64,000 nt of DNA from Haliotis rufescens (taxonomy: Eukaryota), in contig NW_025963891.1 of NCBI RefSeq assembly GCF_023055435.1, positions 20,336,001 to 20,400,000 on the forward strand, in the 5' to 3' direction. Shown one piece after another: positions 1 through 12,913 of the stretch. The notes below the pieces were generated by a model. It was not told where the DNA came from. It searched no databases and was given only the letters and a program-made list of their open reading frames with translations. Both the position numbers and the translations under genes were made by a program. The first letter of the stretch is position 1; each line of letters opens with the position of its first letter.

Positions 1-165
1 GCGATATAACTGAATAGTGTATTTTTTGTTTCAAATGCATGATGGGTACGGTTAGTTCAACAAATAGACGATATGCAAGCATACACTCGTACAAGCGATA
101 TAACTGAATAGTACAGTTTTTGTTTCAAATGCATGATGGGTACAGCTAGTTCTACAAATGAACTA
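1..165. repeat. ~95-bp intronic tandem repeat (A1 intron 6)
   Basis: gcgatataactgaatagt...gcatgatgggtac unit recurs at 1 and 96; homologous array at ~19550-19910 in A2. Confidence 0.7.
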
Positions 166-177
166 TGTGGTATTTAC

Positions 178-2559
178 CCCGATCCTCCCGCGTATCGTAT
201 GTAGGCATGCTCGTGTGTGCGGGGTTTGAAAGTGATGCACGCTTTGCCATTGACCTTGGTCTTCTCATGAATTGTCTGCATGGCAGTATGTATGGTTCTC
301 TCCTCAGACGATGCTACATTAGAAAAACTATGTCATTCCAAACAGAGATATGCATAGCAACGTATGTGAAGTGCTCTCTGATTATATTAAAATTCATTGT
401 TGTTACGGCAGCATTCATGTAGCTGTCCTATATTCAAAACTATGTCATTGAAACATTTGAAATTTTGAAAATAACTATTTTGGAATTATTTCAAATTATA
501 AATGTGATATTTATTGTTTCAATTTCCAATTATTGTATTTATTCATGCACATGTTTTGAAATCCAAATTCATCTTTAGTTGTTTATATTTGTTCAGAACA
601 ACTTTTCATTGCTTACAGAAATGATGGGTGTCAATTTCGAAAGGAACTTCGCCATTTGGCCATCGGTAGTTTTTGTCTCTTCTCGCATTTCTGTCCTGTA
701 AAATAGACATGTTTTGACAATACTTAAGTTTGCATATATCACAATGATTGAAAAAGTTCATGCTATGACATGATACTTTAAATACTTTTCCATTTTTCTC
801 ATCTTATTTAATTATATACAAAACAAAATGCCTTACGTTGGGGTTTTGTCCTGGCATGAGAATGATATCTCCCTCGAAGAGGCCTGGCAAAAATAATTAT
901 TCATTTGGTTTATATAGTAAAATACTTTTTTATGACAAAAATGGATGCGTGGGTGGAAAGTGAATGCCTTTTTAAAAGAAACAATGACATCATGACTTCT
1001 TTTTTTGCAAAATCGTGTTCGCACTGATTCAAAATATAAATGCCAGTGAGTAGGGTCGGTTTTGGTCACATGAGACCCAAGAGACAAATGGTTCCCAACC
1101 ATTTGATATCATGAACAAATGTCTATCGACATGGCAAACATTTGGAACACTTTCCACAAATCATTTGACTCATTTTTCTGTGAATCTTCAAAAGTACAGA
1201 TATATGTCTGTCCACTCATTATTTAGGATCATATCATGAAACAGGTGCACTGGTGAAGTGAAATGGAGTTCAATATCGCGTTCAAAATTATTGCACTTAT
1301 ATAGCGATGTGATAATTAAAAAGACTTATACAAACTATCGAAGAAAATCTTAATAATCTTAATTATTTGTGAACCTACCAGGGTTTTCTTCCGGATACGC
1401 CTCTAGAAAAATAAAACAAGAATTTAGTTTTAAAGCTTTAATTTGATATTGACATAAATTTGAAAATCGTGGTTTTTATTATGGTACTATTGTAGTGTTG
1501 ATACGCAGACAATGAATAAATGAACATTATCTTCAAATTTCACAAATTAATGCAAAAATTACAAAACAATTAAATGTTCATTTATATATCAATTTCAACA
1601 AACACCTTGTCATTGAGTCTATTGTAGCATATGTGTGTCATAACTGAGACTTAAAGTGGTTGATGATGCATGTCATGGTATCCCAATTGCGTGGATCAAT
1701 GGTCATGCTCAATCACTGGATTGTCTGGTCCAGACTCGTTTATTTACATACCGCTGCTATATAGCTGGAATATTGCTGAGTGCGGCGTTAAACAACAATT
1801 AAACAAAACTGAGATGACGGTTTGTCCACATATCACAAACTGGCTGTTTGCATGCATTCACTTGTGATTGCCAGTCATTAGGATAAGGTAGTGTAGCAAG
1901 GTGACGTGGTATCACACCATACATGAATGTTGCCTTACATCAACCAAACAGTTGATAAACAGCTTTAGAAAAAGAATGTGATTCGTTTATAAATTAACGC
2001 TTGTAAAAGCGCTTACCTCAAAGCTATATGTTTATGCATTATATTGCACTTACCATCGAAGTCTGGAAGCTGAATAAGAGAAACAAAGATTTTGTATTTC
2101 TTTACAAATAAGGTGTGACTCAAACTTTTGTTTAATGTTTCAAATTTGATCTTTAAGCATCTTGGGTATGTCGGTCTCTTTCCGATAAGACAATTATCTA
2201 TTAATCTTAAATTCAAACTTAATCAAGCGTTTACTTTGTATGGTTTTAGAAAAGTTACGAAAATTTAATCAATAGTGACCTTAAACAAATCGCCAATTAA
2301 GTGAGTGAGTGAGGTTTTACACCGCTTTTAGCAATATTCCAGCAATATTACGGCGGGGGACACAAGAAATGGGCTTCACACATTGTACCCATGTCGAGAA
2401 TCGAACCCGGGTCTTCGGCGTGACGAGCGAGCGCTTTAACCACTAGGCTGCCCGACCGCCCTTTTCGCCTATTAAGAGCGGTATGTGTAATATACTGACC
2501 TGATCTATTGGTACAGCAAGAGCATGCCCAACGAATAAGATGAGGACAACCCCTAACAT
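178..2559 (-). CDS. Astacin-MAM metalloprotease copy A1, 5' part (exons 1-6; continues beyond left edge)
   Basis: GT-AG exons 2500-2559 (signal peptide MLGVVLILFVGHALAVPIDQ), 2054-2069, 1379-1402, 837-883 (GLFEGDII propeptide motif), 617-695 (DRNARRDKNYRWPNGEVPF), 178-313 (KACITFKPR); phases consistent; near-identical to A2. Confidence 0.9.
2300..2461 (-). mobile_element. tRNA-headed SINE family S1
   Basis: Reverse complement has A box (tagcctagtgg), B box (ggttcgattc), tail gctggaatattgctaaaagcgg(t/c)gtaaaac and (CACT)n; other copies at ~21690-21851, 22186-22299, 22616-22789, 26562-26700, 29147-29250, 61508-61674. Confidence 0.85.
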
Positions 2560-2604
2560 GGTGCCTTCAAGAAACCGTTCTGAAATAATAGTAAGTAAAG
2601 AAGC

Positions 2605-2633
2605 TATTTATACTGATCTCTGCTCTTGATAAG
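2605..2633 (-). promoter_or_regulatory. Putative core promoter of A1: TATA box plus GATA site
   Basis: TATAAATA on minus strand (2605-2612) 46 bp upstream of the ATG; TGATAAG at 2627-2633; a TGATAAG also lies upstream of A2, A3 and A4. Confidence 0.5.
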
Positions 2634-3491
2634 GACCGTGGGAGCGGACGTTTGGCGATTGTCAAAGTGTTACGTATTGATTCCAAAGGTCGCAAGGTAT
2701 ATTTAACCTCTTTAAGTGACTATAAACCCTTTGAGATAAAAGGCAAGTGCGCCTCTCAAAATATAGCAGACTTTGGTAACCGAACATACTCAACCTCAGT
2801 GTTAATAACATCAGAAATCGGCTAGGACTTGACATTCACAAAAGCATGGGGAGAAGTTTCTGATGTTTGTGATGAGTATGGGGCGTGGCTTGTGACAATA
2901 TCTACATCTAACAACTGACGAGAAATCTGAATCTGAAACGGGGGCATCTGACTTTCCATGGAATGAACGATCTGCCTTTCTAGCTTTCGAACCTGTCTGA
3001 ACAGAAGAAACTGACCTTTCCTAATCTGAATTACCCTACTGACCTGACCTGAAAGTACCCTGACCATTCCTGGTAGTGACCGTACTGCCTAAAATCACGT
3101 GAGTGGCCGAGTAACCATCTGTCATCTGTTGCAGACTGGTAAAAATATAGCATGTCAAGGCCAGAGAATAACCAGCCTCGATTATCCGCCGAAACAAATT
3201 TCATTGGCCGTAAAAGAGCGGTGACAATTATATGAATTAATAATGATAATGAGTGATGACACTGATGTTCGAGAAAAGGGGAAGCATGTCTTGTCCAGGC
3301 CCCGAGGTTATAAAACTTCCCTGAGTACGATTTCATGCTCAAATCCGGTTTCGTGCTCAACTCAAAACTCAGACTCAATAAACGGAGGTTATAAATAATC
3401 TGAGTACGTTTTCGTGCTCAACTTGAGCATGAAATACGTAGAATCTCAAGTACGCTTTGGACCGTGCTCAACGCTGAGTTCGATAACAGCA

Positions 3492-5396
3492 ATGGCAGCT
3501 GATCTGCGACAGACTCGACAAGCGAGGCGGAAAACCCGTGTTCCGAGAGTGTTTCGAGATCGTTCAAACCCGCTGGAAGATTTAGATGTGGAAGAAGTTT
3601 TTGAACGTTATAGATTTAGGCCAAATACTATAAATTATTTACTTGGTCTACTCGATCTAACCAGAGAGACAGCTCGTAACTGTGCGGTTCCACCACTGTT
3701 ACAGTTGCTGGTATGCCTTCGCTTTTTGGCGACAGGCGCTATGCATCTGCTGGTTGGGGACAGCCTAAACATTTCCCGATCTACAGCTGGCAGATGCATA
3801 CGCGCAGTTTCGTTGCAAAGCGCTAAACTGTCAGGAAGGTTCATTAAATTCCCAGTTGTAGGGGACGCTGTACGAGCAACATTGCAGGTACGTACATGGG
3901 ATTTTCCCAATGTAAACAAAATAAATGATTTCATTGGTGTGATTTGTGTCAGTGCCATTTTGATTGGTCAGTAAAAAGAATATGGGTCAGAGGTCGAGCT
4001 CATGTATATAAATCAAATCAAATTATAATCAAGCGGTAGATTTTAGGATGGGCTGTAAATGAAAACTATTAAACGCTGCCCAGTACAGTGTGCTATCTAT
4101 TGTGACACCATGACACGTTTTACTTTCAGGATTCCCTAACGTAGTAGGGTGTATTGATGGAACGTTTATCAGGATACAGCGGCCTACCGCTAACGAGGGA
4201 GACTTCGTGAACCGGAAAGGTTACCATTCCCTGAATGTACAGGTAAATAGGCATAATTTTACTCCTTAAGTATTCGTTATAATGTATGTGTTGGTTTAGG
4301 GGTGGCGAGATGAGTGACATTTGTAAGTCTTATGTATATATTGTAAGTTGGAGTTTAAATTTCTGATTTGCTATCCCACAGATGTGCTGTGATGCAATTT
4401 TTTACATCACAAGTTGCAACGCCAGCTGGCCGGGATCGGTACATGACAGCCGCATTTTCCGGACGTCAGCACTGTGCAGGCAATCTGAAAATGGTAAGAC
4501 ACGTTTTTAGAACAATTTGGTGAAAGTATTCTGCAAGTGAACAAGCATATATTTTATCCTGTTACAAATAATATATAATCATTTCTGTTATTGTAATTAT
4601 TAGTTAAGATGTCAAGAAGTAGCAAGTTAATCAGTTAGTAAATTTAAATCAATATACAGATATTTTTGTATGACGTCTCATTGAATTGAAGTGACATACA
4701 AATGGCAATTGCTTTGGAACCCTGGATATGACACTGTATAAAATCTCAGAATCTTCATACCCATTTTAATTAATAAATTAGATTGGATTCATATCCTCAT
4801 TTTCAATTATTTTTTTCTCACAAGTTATCTTTTAACTAAACAGTTCCATTAATTAGGATGAATGTATTTGTTCCTGGAGAAAGGTTTATTCCATTCATCA
4901 TGTTCAAGATAAATATTGAAATATTGTAATTCTTGATGAGACAAATTTTATTCATTCATTATATGTACTTTTTACCAGTATTCAAATCATAAAACAATCT
5001 GTTATTCTTTTAATAATAAATAACCTTATTTTATTATGTTTAAGTACAGTACAAAGGTTTTCTGCTGGGGGACTCTGGCTACCCATGTCGTTGGTTGCTC
5101 CTGACGCCTGTACTGAACCCCACCAACCGTGCAGAGAACGTTACAATGGGTCATTGTGCAGGACAAGAGTGCTCATTGAACAGACCTTTGGTGTCCTGAA
5201 ACGGCGGTTTCAGTGCCTGCACAATGAGCTCAGGGCGACCCCAAGACAGGCTGTGACCTATGTTGCGGCATGTGTTGTGTTGCATAATCTAGTGCCTCCA
5301 TCATCAAATGTGAATAATTATGTGCCACCTGTTACATGTCAAAATGATGGAGCTGATGTGAGACGGCACATTATTCAGACATTTTTTAGGCGATAA
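3492..5396 (+). pseudogene. Harbinger (HARBI1-like) DDE transposase, frameshifted
   Basis: Exons ~3492-3887, 4130-4242 (GFPNVVGCIDGTFI..NRKGYHSLNVQ), 4382-4493 (WPGSVHDSRIF), 5045-5396 ([27 protein letters not shown]); frame breaks near 3880 and 5135. Confidence 0.88.
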
Positions 5397-7299
5397 ACAT
5401 AGGAACATTTATTCACTACAATTTAATCTGAATTTGTGATTTCAAATGTATATCATCTTAATTAATGATTGTGTGAGTGGTATTGCTCAGTAAGTCAGAT
5501 ATGTCATGACAGTTAGACTTGAATACAGAATCAATTTGGTCATTCGATGTTTTATTCAGATACAAGCAGTGCACAAAATGGAACAATATTTGATTTGTAT
5601 AGTCTGACCATGCCAACAGTGCCGATTTATTTGTTGTTTAACTCCTCACTCAGCAATATTATTCCAGCTATATGACGGAGGACTGTAAAGTAATTGTGTC
5701 TGGGCCAGACAATCCAGTGATTGATATTATGAGCATCGATCCAAGTGTAGTAGGTGTTAATTCTGCAGCTTGTAAATATGTATGTATTTTTAGTGTAGAT
5801 AAGGTATCATGTCTTTTCTATTTCAGCTTGTTGATTCAACAGAGGGTTGTGTCATTTCCTGGTTTCTATCTATCATTAGTTGTGTCCTTATCAGTATTTG
5901 CTACTGATAACTTTCTACTGGGTCAAAGGTCAATGGTCCAGTCTATTTTACTTCCAAGGGTGTTTTGTTCTATTGTTTGCTCGTCATTAGGTTTACCTGT
6001 TGTTACCCAATTAGTATACCTTTCAATTCAAATCCCTTTCTCACCTGCCATTGCTAATCTTATGCTCACACACCCACCTGCACTGCACAGCAATGGATTG
6101 AGCATCAAGTTATCAAGGTTAGTAATCATAATTAATCTGTATCAATCTAAACATTATAATTTCAATCATTAATATAAATAAAGTAATAAATAATAAAATA
6201 GGTTTTAAATAACTTGTAAACATAAACAAACGATAGGTTGAGTGAATGAGGTGAGTGTGATGAGATTAGGGTCTGATTCATGAGTATTGCTTATCTATAC
6301 ATATATTTTATATATATTTTTTATTTGGTTATTTGGTATTTTGTGTATTTTTGGTATTTGATGCATATTTGCTATTATTTAGTAAATCTGGTGTATTTCT
6401 AGACTTTGTACATATCTCTCTAGATGTATGCATGTATTTATTGATAGTTGTATGAATGAATGACTGAAGTTGTATTTCAGTGATGCATGTATATGCCGTG
6501 ATTATATGTTTTATTTACAATATTATAATTATATTGTATCTGTATTTAGTTTCATGTGACTGTCGAATGAGATGACTGGCAGAAGGCATGTTACACTCTC
6601 GTGTCACACACAGGGTATGTTTTGTATATAGTTTATCTATATAATATGTTCATGTTGTGCATTCATTATGCATAATATGATTATGTGATGATTTAATTAT
6701 TTCCTCAGTTATGCGTTTAATAATGTGTAATTATATTGTCTTTTGTATATGAAGGTACATCTGCACTGATAAGTTATCGAGGCAGAAATATACTTGTGTA
6801 TCTGCTGTAACGATGTAATGAGTTATGAAGAAGCAGATCGATACTTTACATTTAATGTGTTATTGTACATTTATTCTGAAACACGTGACATATTGTGATT
6901 TTAAATTGTTTCAGGAGTGTCTTCTTTATGCCTTCAACTGAATAAACTGATATTCTCACAAACCCGTGGACTGTAATCTCTTGCGACTAAGGATTACACA
7001 TAAGGTCTACAACACAAGTACTTGTGATCGATGACATGTATCAACCAAGTCAGCGAGCCTGACCACCCGATCCCATTTGTCACCTTTTACGGCAAGTAAA
7101 GTGCAGAATATTGGATAATATAGGGCACATACTACGGTAGAAACTAACATTTTTAGTCTACAAGTCCTTACAATGATAACATATAGCAAAAACCTGAAAA
7201 ATGGCAAATGTCTACAAGTTCTTTCATACATTGTCAATTGGACACTTTGGCACGAACTGCAGGACTAGTTCAAGTTTCTTACATTGCACATTGTGACAG

Positions 7300-7620
7300 A
7301 GACATTCAATCCATATTTGTTTCTTAATTTCTAAATTTGAACAAGATAAAGAGTTAGCTGGAATAAAATGTTGTCATTTGTTGTGAGTAAAGATACAGAA
7401 CTTATGCATGTTAGGATATTCTTAATAGTCTGTATGAAGGACAAATATCTTGACCTAATGTTAATATCAGCTGGACAAATGAAAAGTGCATGGTATTCAT
7501 CATCTAAGTCTCTACAAATTGCATAAAGTTTAAGTAAAGTCATGATCACTAGACATTCTATATTACAATGTTAGAGTTAAATGCTTTAAAATGATCTTAC
7601 TTAAGAGCACATAACAAAAA
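7300..7620 (-). mobile_element. Degenerate 3' end of a LINE ORF2
   Basis: ICRDLDDEYHALFICPADINIRSRYL resembles the C-terminal C..DE.H..F.C motif of non-LTR retrotransposon ORF2. Confidence 0.45.
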
Positions 7621-7820
7621 ATCAGGATTTTTGGAGCAATTGCATATGTAATGAATAGTGATAAAACAATACAGATAGAGTTGATATTGTGTAACAATAT
7701 TTCTTTCAATTATCATTAACTAATGTATCTGTCGAATTCAGCTGATCATGTCCAAGCAAATCAGTAAATGTTGTTGTCATTCATATTGCATTTCTACATA
7801 ACTGTCTTTAGTAATTTTGA

Positions 7821-10293
7821 TTATAAATATTCTTCAGTTGGACATGATTCGACAAGAGAAACACCAAATTCCGCATTCATTTTTAGTTGGTAGTAGACTG
7901 ATTTACACTGCAGCATTTGAATTTCAATGTCTAATTTCTTTTGATTTTTTTCTAATAATTCAATTTCCAGTTTCAGCTTCCTTTGTTCAAGTTTGATCCT
8001 TTCTGTGTCCTGTATCGTGTTGTCATAGATTGCCTCAGCTTTTGTTCTTATTCGTTTGCGCCCGGTCTTTTTGTCTGTAATTATAATGAGACTGACTTGT
8101 CACATTTTAGAAACATGAATTGTGTACTCTGCGTCATCTTTGGGAGTATAGTATTGTTGATAGCACTATGCGTGTTAGTGTGACTGAAATTTAATTCGAA
8201 TATATTTCCGGTCTCTTAGTATTTTCAGCTTATGACAAGACAGTGAATGTATTGTTTGGGGTAATACATGTATTAGCATCTTGCTATGAGTGTTTTCATT
8301 TCTATGCTTTCAGTAAATCATACAAAGGTCATAGTTTATTAGTAGTATAATACTAGTATTATAGAAGGATTATGCAAACATAAATTTGATCTGTAACTGC
8401 AATCTTGAATATACTGAAATAATCTCTAAAAATCTTCATTATTTAGTATAGTAATATGTTCTACAGATATTACTCAGATCCTTCTGATGTACCCTCTGCT
8501 GTGTTGTCTTGCTCATCAATGTGCACATCAACATGACCAATGTGTTGTGCTTCACCTTGCAGACCTGTAAATAAGGGGATACAATTTTTTACATTGAAAA
8601 AATGCAAAATATTATTGTATCATTTTCAGACATTTATATATTTAAGCATTCAATAAAGTCACAAAATAAAGTTATACTTTTATGTTATTAATTGAGAATA
8701 ATTACATTGATTGTATACAATGTGTCAGCTCAGACAATAATGTTATGACAGGAATAGCAAACTATGCTCCACAATACATGTTGGAAATTTTGGTATTATG
8801 TTCAAGACATGACCTATATAAGAGAGACAACCCACAGAGTAATTGGATATATGTCCCATGTTATAGATGTGATTATGTATAATAATACATGTTAATAGTA
8901 TTCAGACATATGATGATATGTATTACCTTCTGGTGCAGCGGCAGCTACATCGCCATCATGAATGACTGAAGTGAACAGAATATTAAAATACAGTAATGCA
9001 GCTATTTTACAAATTTTCGGGTTAGAATTGACAAAAATAATTGCATTTGTGACTGAAATTGTGATGAGTAATTAATTTGATTATCTGACAAATATTAATT
9101 ATTATTTTAATGATTTTGTACCAGCGCAATTCACAACAAATGTATTCATTACTTTGATCACAGGCATATAAAGTTGGTGTCTGAAATTGTTTTTGTTTCC
9201 TTAGTCTTTTGGCAGTACTTGATTTGTTTGTACTATATTTGATATGTATTTTTGTCATCCAAATACATTGTCCCAGGTGATAGGTCTCACCATAACCAAC
9301 ATTAATGAGAAATAGTTGGCTTTAAAATTTACATCAATCTTTTACATATTGAACTGCCCATACCATCAGTGTCAATGCCATGTTCTAGGCCATGAATACC
9401 TGGCCTCCCCTCCAAAGACTGAGAAAGGACCTCGTCCGCGTTGGACAGTGCTGGGAGTGGAGGCCCTCCTCCAGTTGTAGCCATTGACCTTTTGAGGCCG
9501 TCGATCTTGCTTTTAGCTACAATACAAGTTTGCAGTTTAGTTTCAGTAACAATAACATATATATTGAAATATTAAATTTGGGTTTCATTGACACGTGTTC
9601 ATGTGTTATTGAGGGATAAACATGTGTTTCATCAATTATATAATAACCATTTAATACATTATGATGGAGTAACAATGTTGACACAATATGCCTCTTGGTA
9701 TTTTTCTAATATAAAAAGAGTACCTCTTTGTTTCAAATTGAAGTACTTCTTTTTCACTTCCAAAGCCTCCCTTTTGGCATTGATGTGTCTTCTGAAAGTA
9801 TATAAAAGAAGAGATATAATTTGAAAATTAATATACAGAACATGTTTTCTTCTTCACTGTCAAGGAATTGTGGAGGGGAAAGCCCATGAAAATACATGTC
9901 TTCCGCCCTTACTTTTTTAACTCGTTATGACAGGTACTTTGTTTTACCGAACACAGTAAATAAAACCAGCATCGATCAATCCTGTGTCATAAAAGTTGAA
10001 TGAACACTTTGCGCAAGACGTATTTATAACTTAACTATCGCGATAATATAGCGTACCATGCTGCAAATGATATTAAACAACGATAACATATGAACAACTT
10101 ACGTGTTGAGGATGTCCGTGATACTTTGCCATCCATCGGTCCGCTGTCGATGGATGGACTTCACACCGCTTCCCTTTGTTTCACCGAACAACAGTTGCTC
10201 TCGCTGAACAACTTCCTGGATTAGACAAACCTCCTCCGCTTCTGACCACCCCTTACCCCGCCTTCTCGATTCGGTCACGCCCTCCGTTGCCAT
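7821..10293 (-). CDS. Harbinger Myb/SANT-like DNA-binding protein (~258 aa, 6 exons)
   Basis: Exons 10103-10293 (WSEAEEVCLI..W..I), 9724-9791 (EVKKKYFNLK), 9364-9516 (TGGGPP), 8927-8965, 8493-8564, 7821-8074 (coiled-coil-like KLKLEIELLEK); total 777 nt in frame; exon 5 donor least certain. Confidence 0.8.
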
Positions 10294-10559
10294 TGTAAAT
10301 AAGCAGACGACAACATCCGGGTTGTTTTCTTACCATTCTCGACGGAGAGAGTTCCAAATTGCCGCTTATATCATAAACAAAGAGTCATTTGAGCATGCTC
10401 AAGCCGAGCGTGAGTTGTTCTCAGCTGAGAACAGACTCAAGATGTTTTATAACCTCTGCTTGAGTACAAATCTCAACTGAGTACGAAGTTGAGCATGAGC
10501 ATGTATTTGAGCATGAAACTGAGTTGAGCACGAAAATATTTTTATAACCTCGGGGCCTG

Positions 10560-10927
10560 ATCTACCCTCAAAATAAGTCGTAAACACAGCATGAACATAC
10601 TGCTTGAAACCTTCCTCCCAAATCAGTCATCAAAGTATTGGCCTACATCCTTCCCTCAAAAAAAGTCGTCTTTTCGTGATCAAAATCCACACAAACATCC
10701 TCACATCTTTTTTGTGTAAGTGTAAGAAGAAAGTTTCGTTATTGAAAAGGAGGGACTAATCTGACATTTCCATTTCCAGCCCTTTTAATTCAAAGCTTTC
10801 TGATTTACCCCAAGCAACGCCAACGTCAAAGCTGAATCGTCTCAAGGTACCTCCATAAATATATGTTTTAATCAAGACAATGGCTTCCTGTAAAGACTCC
10901 AAAATGCATTGATGTTGGACATGCCTG
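10560..10927 (+). mobile_element. Old degenerate Penelope-like remnant, left part
   Basis: Last ~60 bp repeated at 14849-14907, where a Penelope linker-like peptide continues; protein similarity in this part is weak. Confidence 0.35.
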
Positions 10928-10969
10928 TTGACCCCTCGTGTTTGCCCCCTCGTGTTTGTTCGGTACTAC

Positions 10970-11017
<48 letters not shown>

Positions 11018-11066
11018 AAATAATAAAGTCCACGTTAGTCCATCATCTTCTTTATATCAGTTTCAG

Positions 11067-11105
11067 ACATAGTACTCTCGCTGTCTCATGACAGCTCTTC
11101 AGTGT
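11067..11105 (-). ncRNA. Minimal type-I hammerhead ribozyme motif in Penelope pLTR (one core substitution)
   Basis: Minus strand: ACA-CUGAAGA-GCUGUC-AUGA-GACAGC-GAGA-GUAC-UA-UGU; stems I and II pair, palindromic stem III; GAAA is GAGA. Confidence 0.75.
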
Positions 11106-11219
11106 AACTGACAATGACATATAATATGACGTCATACTTATGATGATGTCATAAATTACAACTGTGACGTCATAATGTATTTACACACTCCAGCGACGAC
11201 ACCAAGTAATTCAACAATT

Positions 11220-12913
11220 AAAAAACATAGTGAAGACTTCTCTGGAGATCTACACCCTAAAGAAAAAGACTACTTAATAAACTGTGACCCGCAGACGGCT
11301 AATTTCTACGGACTACCCAAGATCCATAAAAGTAAATTGATAAATAACGCTATTGCCGAACAGAATGCGGAGTATATCGAGATTACCAGCTGTCCTGATT
11401 TGACATTCAGGCCGATTGTCGGAGGACCGAACATCCCGACTCAGCGCCTAGGTCATCTCATCGATATCATTTTAAAACCATTAACAAAGCATGTACCGAG
11501 TTTTGTAAGAGACGATGTAGACTTTCTTACCCACCTGCCCGATGCCGTACCTATTGATGCGACTCTAGCCACCTTTGATGTGAAGAGTTTATTTACCAAC
11601 ATACCCCATGATCTGGGATTGGAGGCATTTCAATTTTGGCTGAGAAAACATCCTGAGGCTATTGACACTGAATTTTCGGAAAGCTTCATCGTGGAATCTT
11701 TAAGATTAGAAAATAATACCTTCTGTTTCAACGGAAAATTCTATCATCAAAGAAAGGGAACGGCCATGGGAACGAAAGTCGCTCCAACATACGCTACACT
11801 TGTGATGGGTTATATAGAGGATATTCTTTACAGGAAGGTACACGATTCCATGTCAGAATCCATTGCCAAACATGTGCGCGAAACTTGGAAGCGATTCTTG
11901 GACGATTGTTTTTTAGTTTGGCTCTCAACTCGTGAAAATTTAAACATTTTTCTGGATATTATTAATACGCTCCATCCTTCCATCAGTTTTACTATGGAAT
12001 TTAGCGATAGCGAAATTCAATTTCTGGACGTCCTTGTAGTTAAGGAAGATACTAAATTGAAAACTGATATCTACTACAAACCAACGGACACTCATCAATA
12101 CTTACAATTCGGTTCATGTCACCCCAGGCATACAAGAACTAACATTCCTTATTCACTTGCGCGGAGAGTATGTACCATCGTGTCGGAAACGGATTAAAGA
12201 ATTGATGGGGTATCTCAGGAAGCTAGGATATCCGCTTCACGTAATAAATGACTCTATAGAAAAGTCGTTAAAAATTCCAAGACATACTCTCCTGAAACCT
12301 AATGAAAAATCTGTGGGCGATCAAATTATACCGTTTGTGTCCACCTTCAATCCTAATAACTGTCATATCACGCCAGTCATAAGGGACAACCTCCCAATTC
12401 TACAGCAAAGCGTTAAAATGAAACAAGGACTGAATAAATTTAAAATTATAAAAAGTACCAGGCAACCAAAAAATCTCAAGCAAATTCTTTGTCCATCCAA
12501 AATATTCTTGTACAGAGAGTGTACCATGTGTAAGTAGATGTAACACACCAAGATGCGGCACGTGTAACATCATAAGTGAAGGTACTACTTTGCTTTTTGC
12601 AAATGGCAAGGGTTTCAACGTGAAAGCCGACATGAACTGCCGCAGCAAAGATGTGGTGTATGTTATGAGATGTTCGGGATGCGGCGAAAACAACATCGGT
12701 GAAACCGGCATGGAATTAAAAGATAGAGTCACTGTACACAAATAGCAGATTAGAGACCCTGATGTTCGATGCTTAGGTGTCAGCAAACACATTGATGATT
12801 TAGTATTTTTCCGTTTTATAAATTGTATACAAGTAACAAGCAGCTAAGACTGGAAAAATAACAAATGTTTATCCAATTGATGAAACCCAAATTGAACTCG
12901 AGAATGTATTAAT
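11220..12913 (+). pseudogene. Penelope reverse transcriptase + GIY-YIG endonuclease, truncated and frameshifted
   Basis: LATFDVKSLFTNIP, GTAMGTKVAPTYA, WKRFLDDCF, YYKPTDTHQYL; Cys-rich linker (CNTPRCGTC); VVYVMRCSGCGENNIGET; frameshifts near 12195 and ~12500, in-frame stop ~12743. Confidence 0.9.

Larger units (their letters stand above)
3298..10557. mobile_element. PIF/Harbinger DNA transposon (~7.3 kb)
   Basis: 18-bp TIRs ggccccgaggttataaaa / ttttataacctcggggcc; subterminal (c/g)tgctcaa repeats at both ends; convergent transposase (+) and Myb/SANT (-) genes. Confidence 0.93.

Noticed and set aside
2017-2023. Possible 7-nt microexon ag|CTTTGAG|gtaag in A1/A2
   Set aside because: It would shift the frame or introduce a stop, and has no counterpart in A3/A4.
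5672-6172. 166-aa ORF inside the Harbinger as a captured third gene
   Set aside because: It starts within a SINE fragment, has low-complexity composition, and shows no motif or splice support.
10909-11091. ORFs with YIYIYI or THTHSL runs
   Set aside because: Translations of (TA)n, (CA)n and (CACT)n microsatellites.
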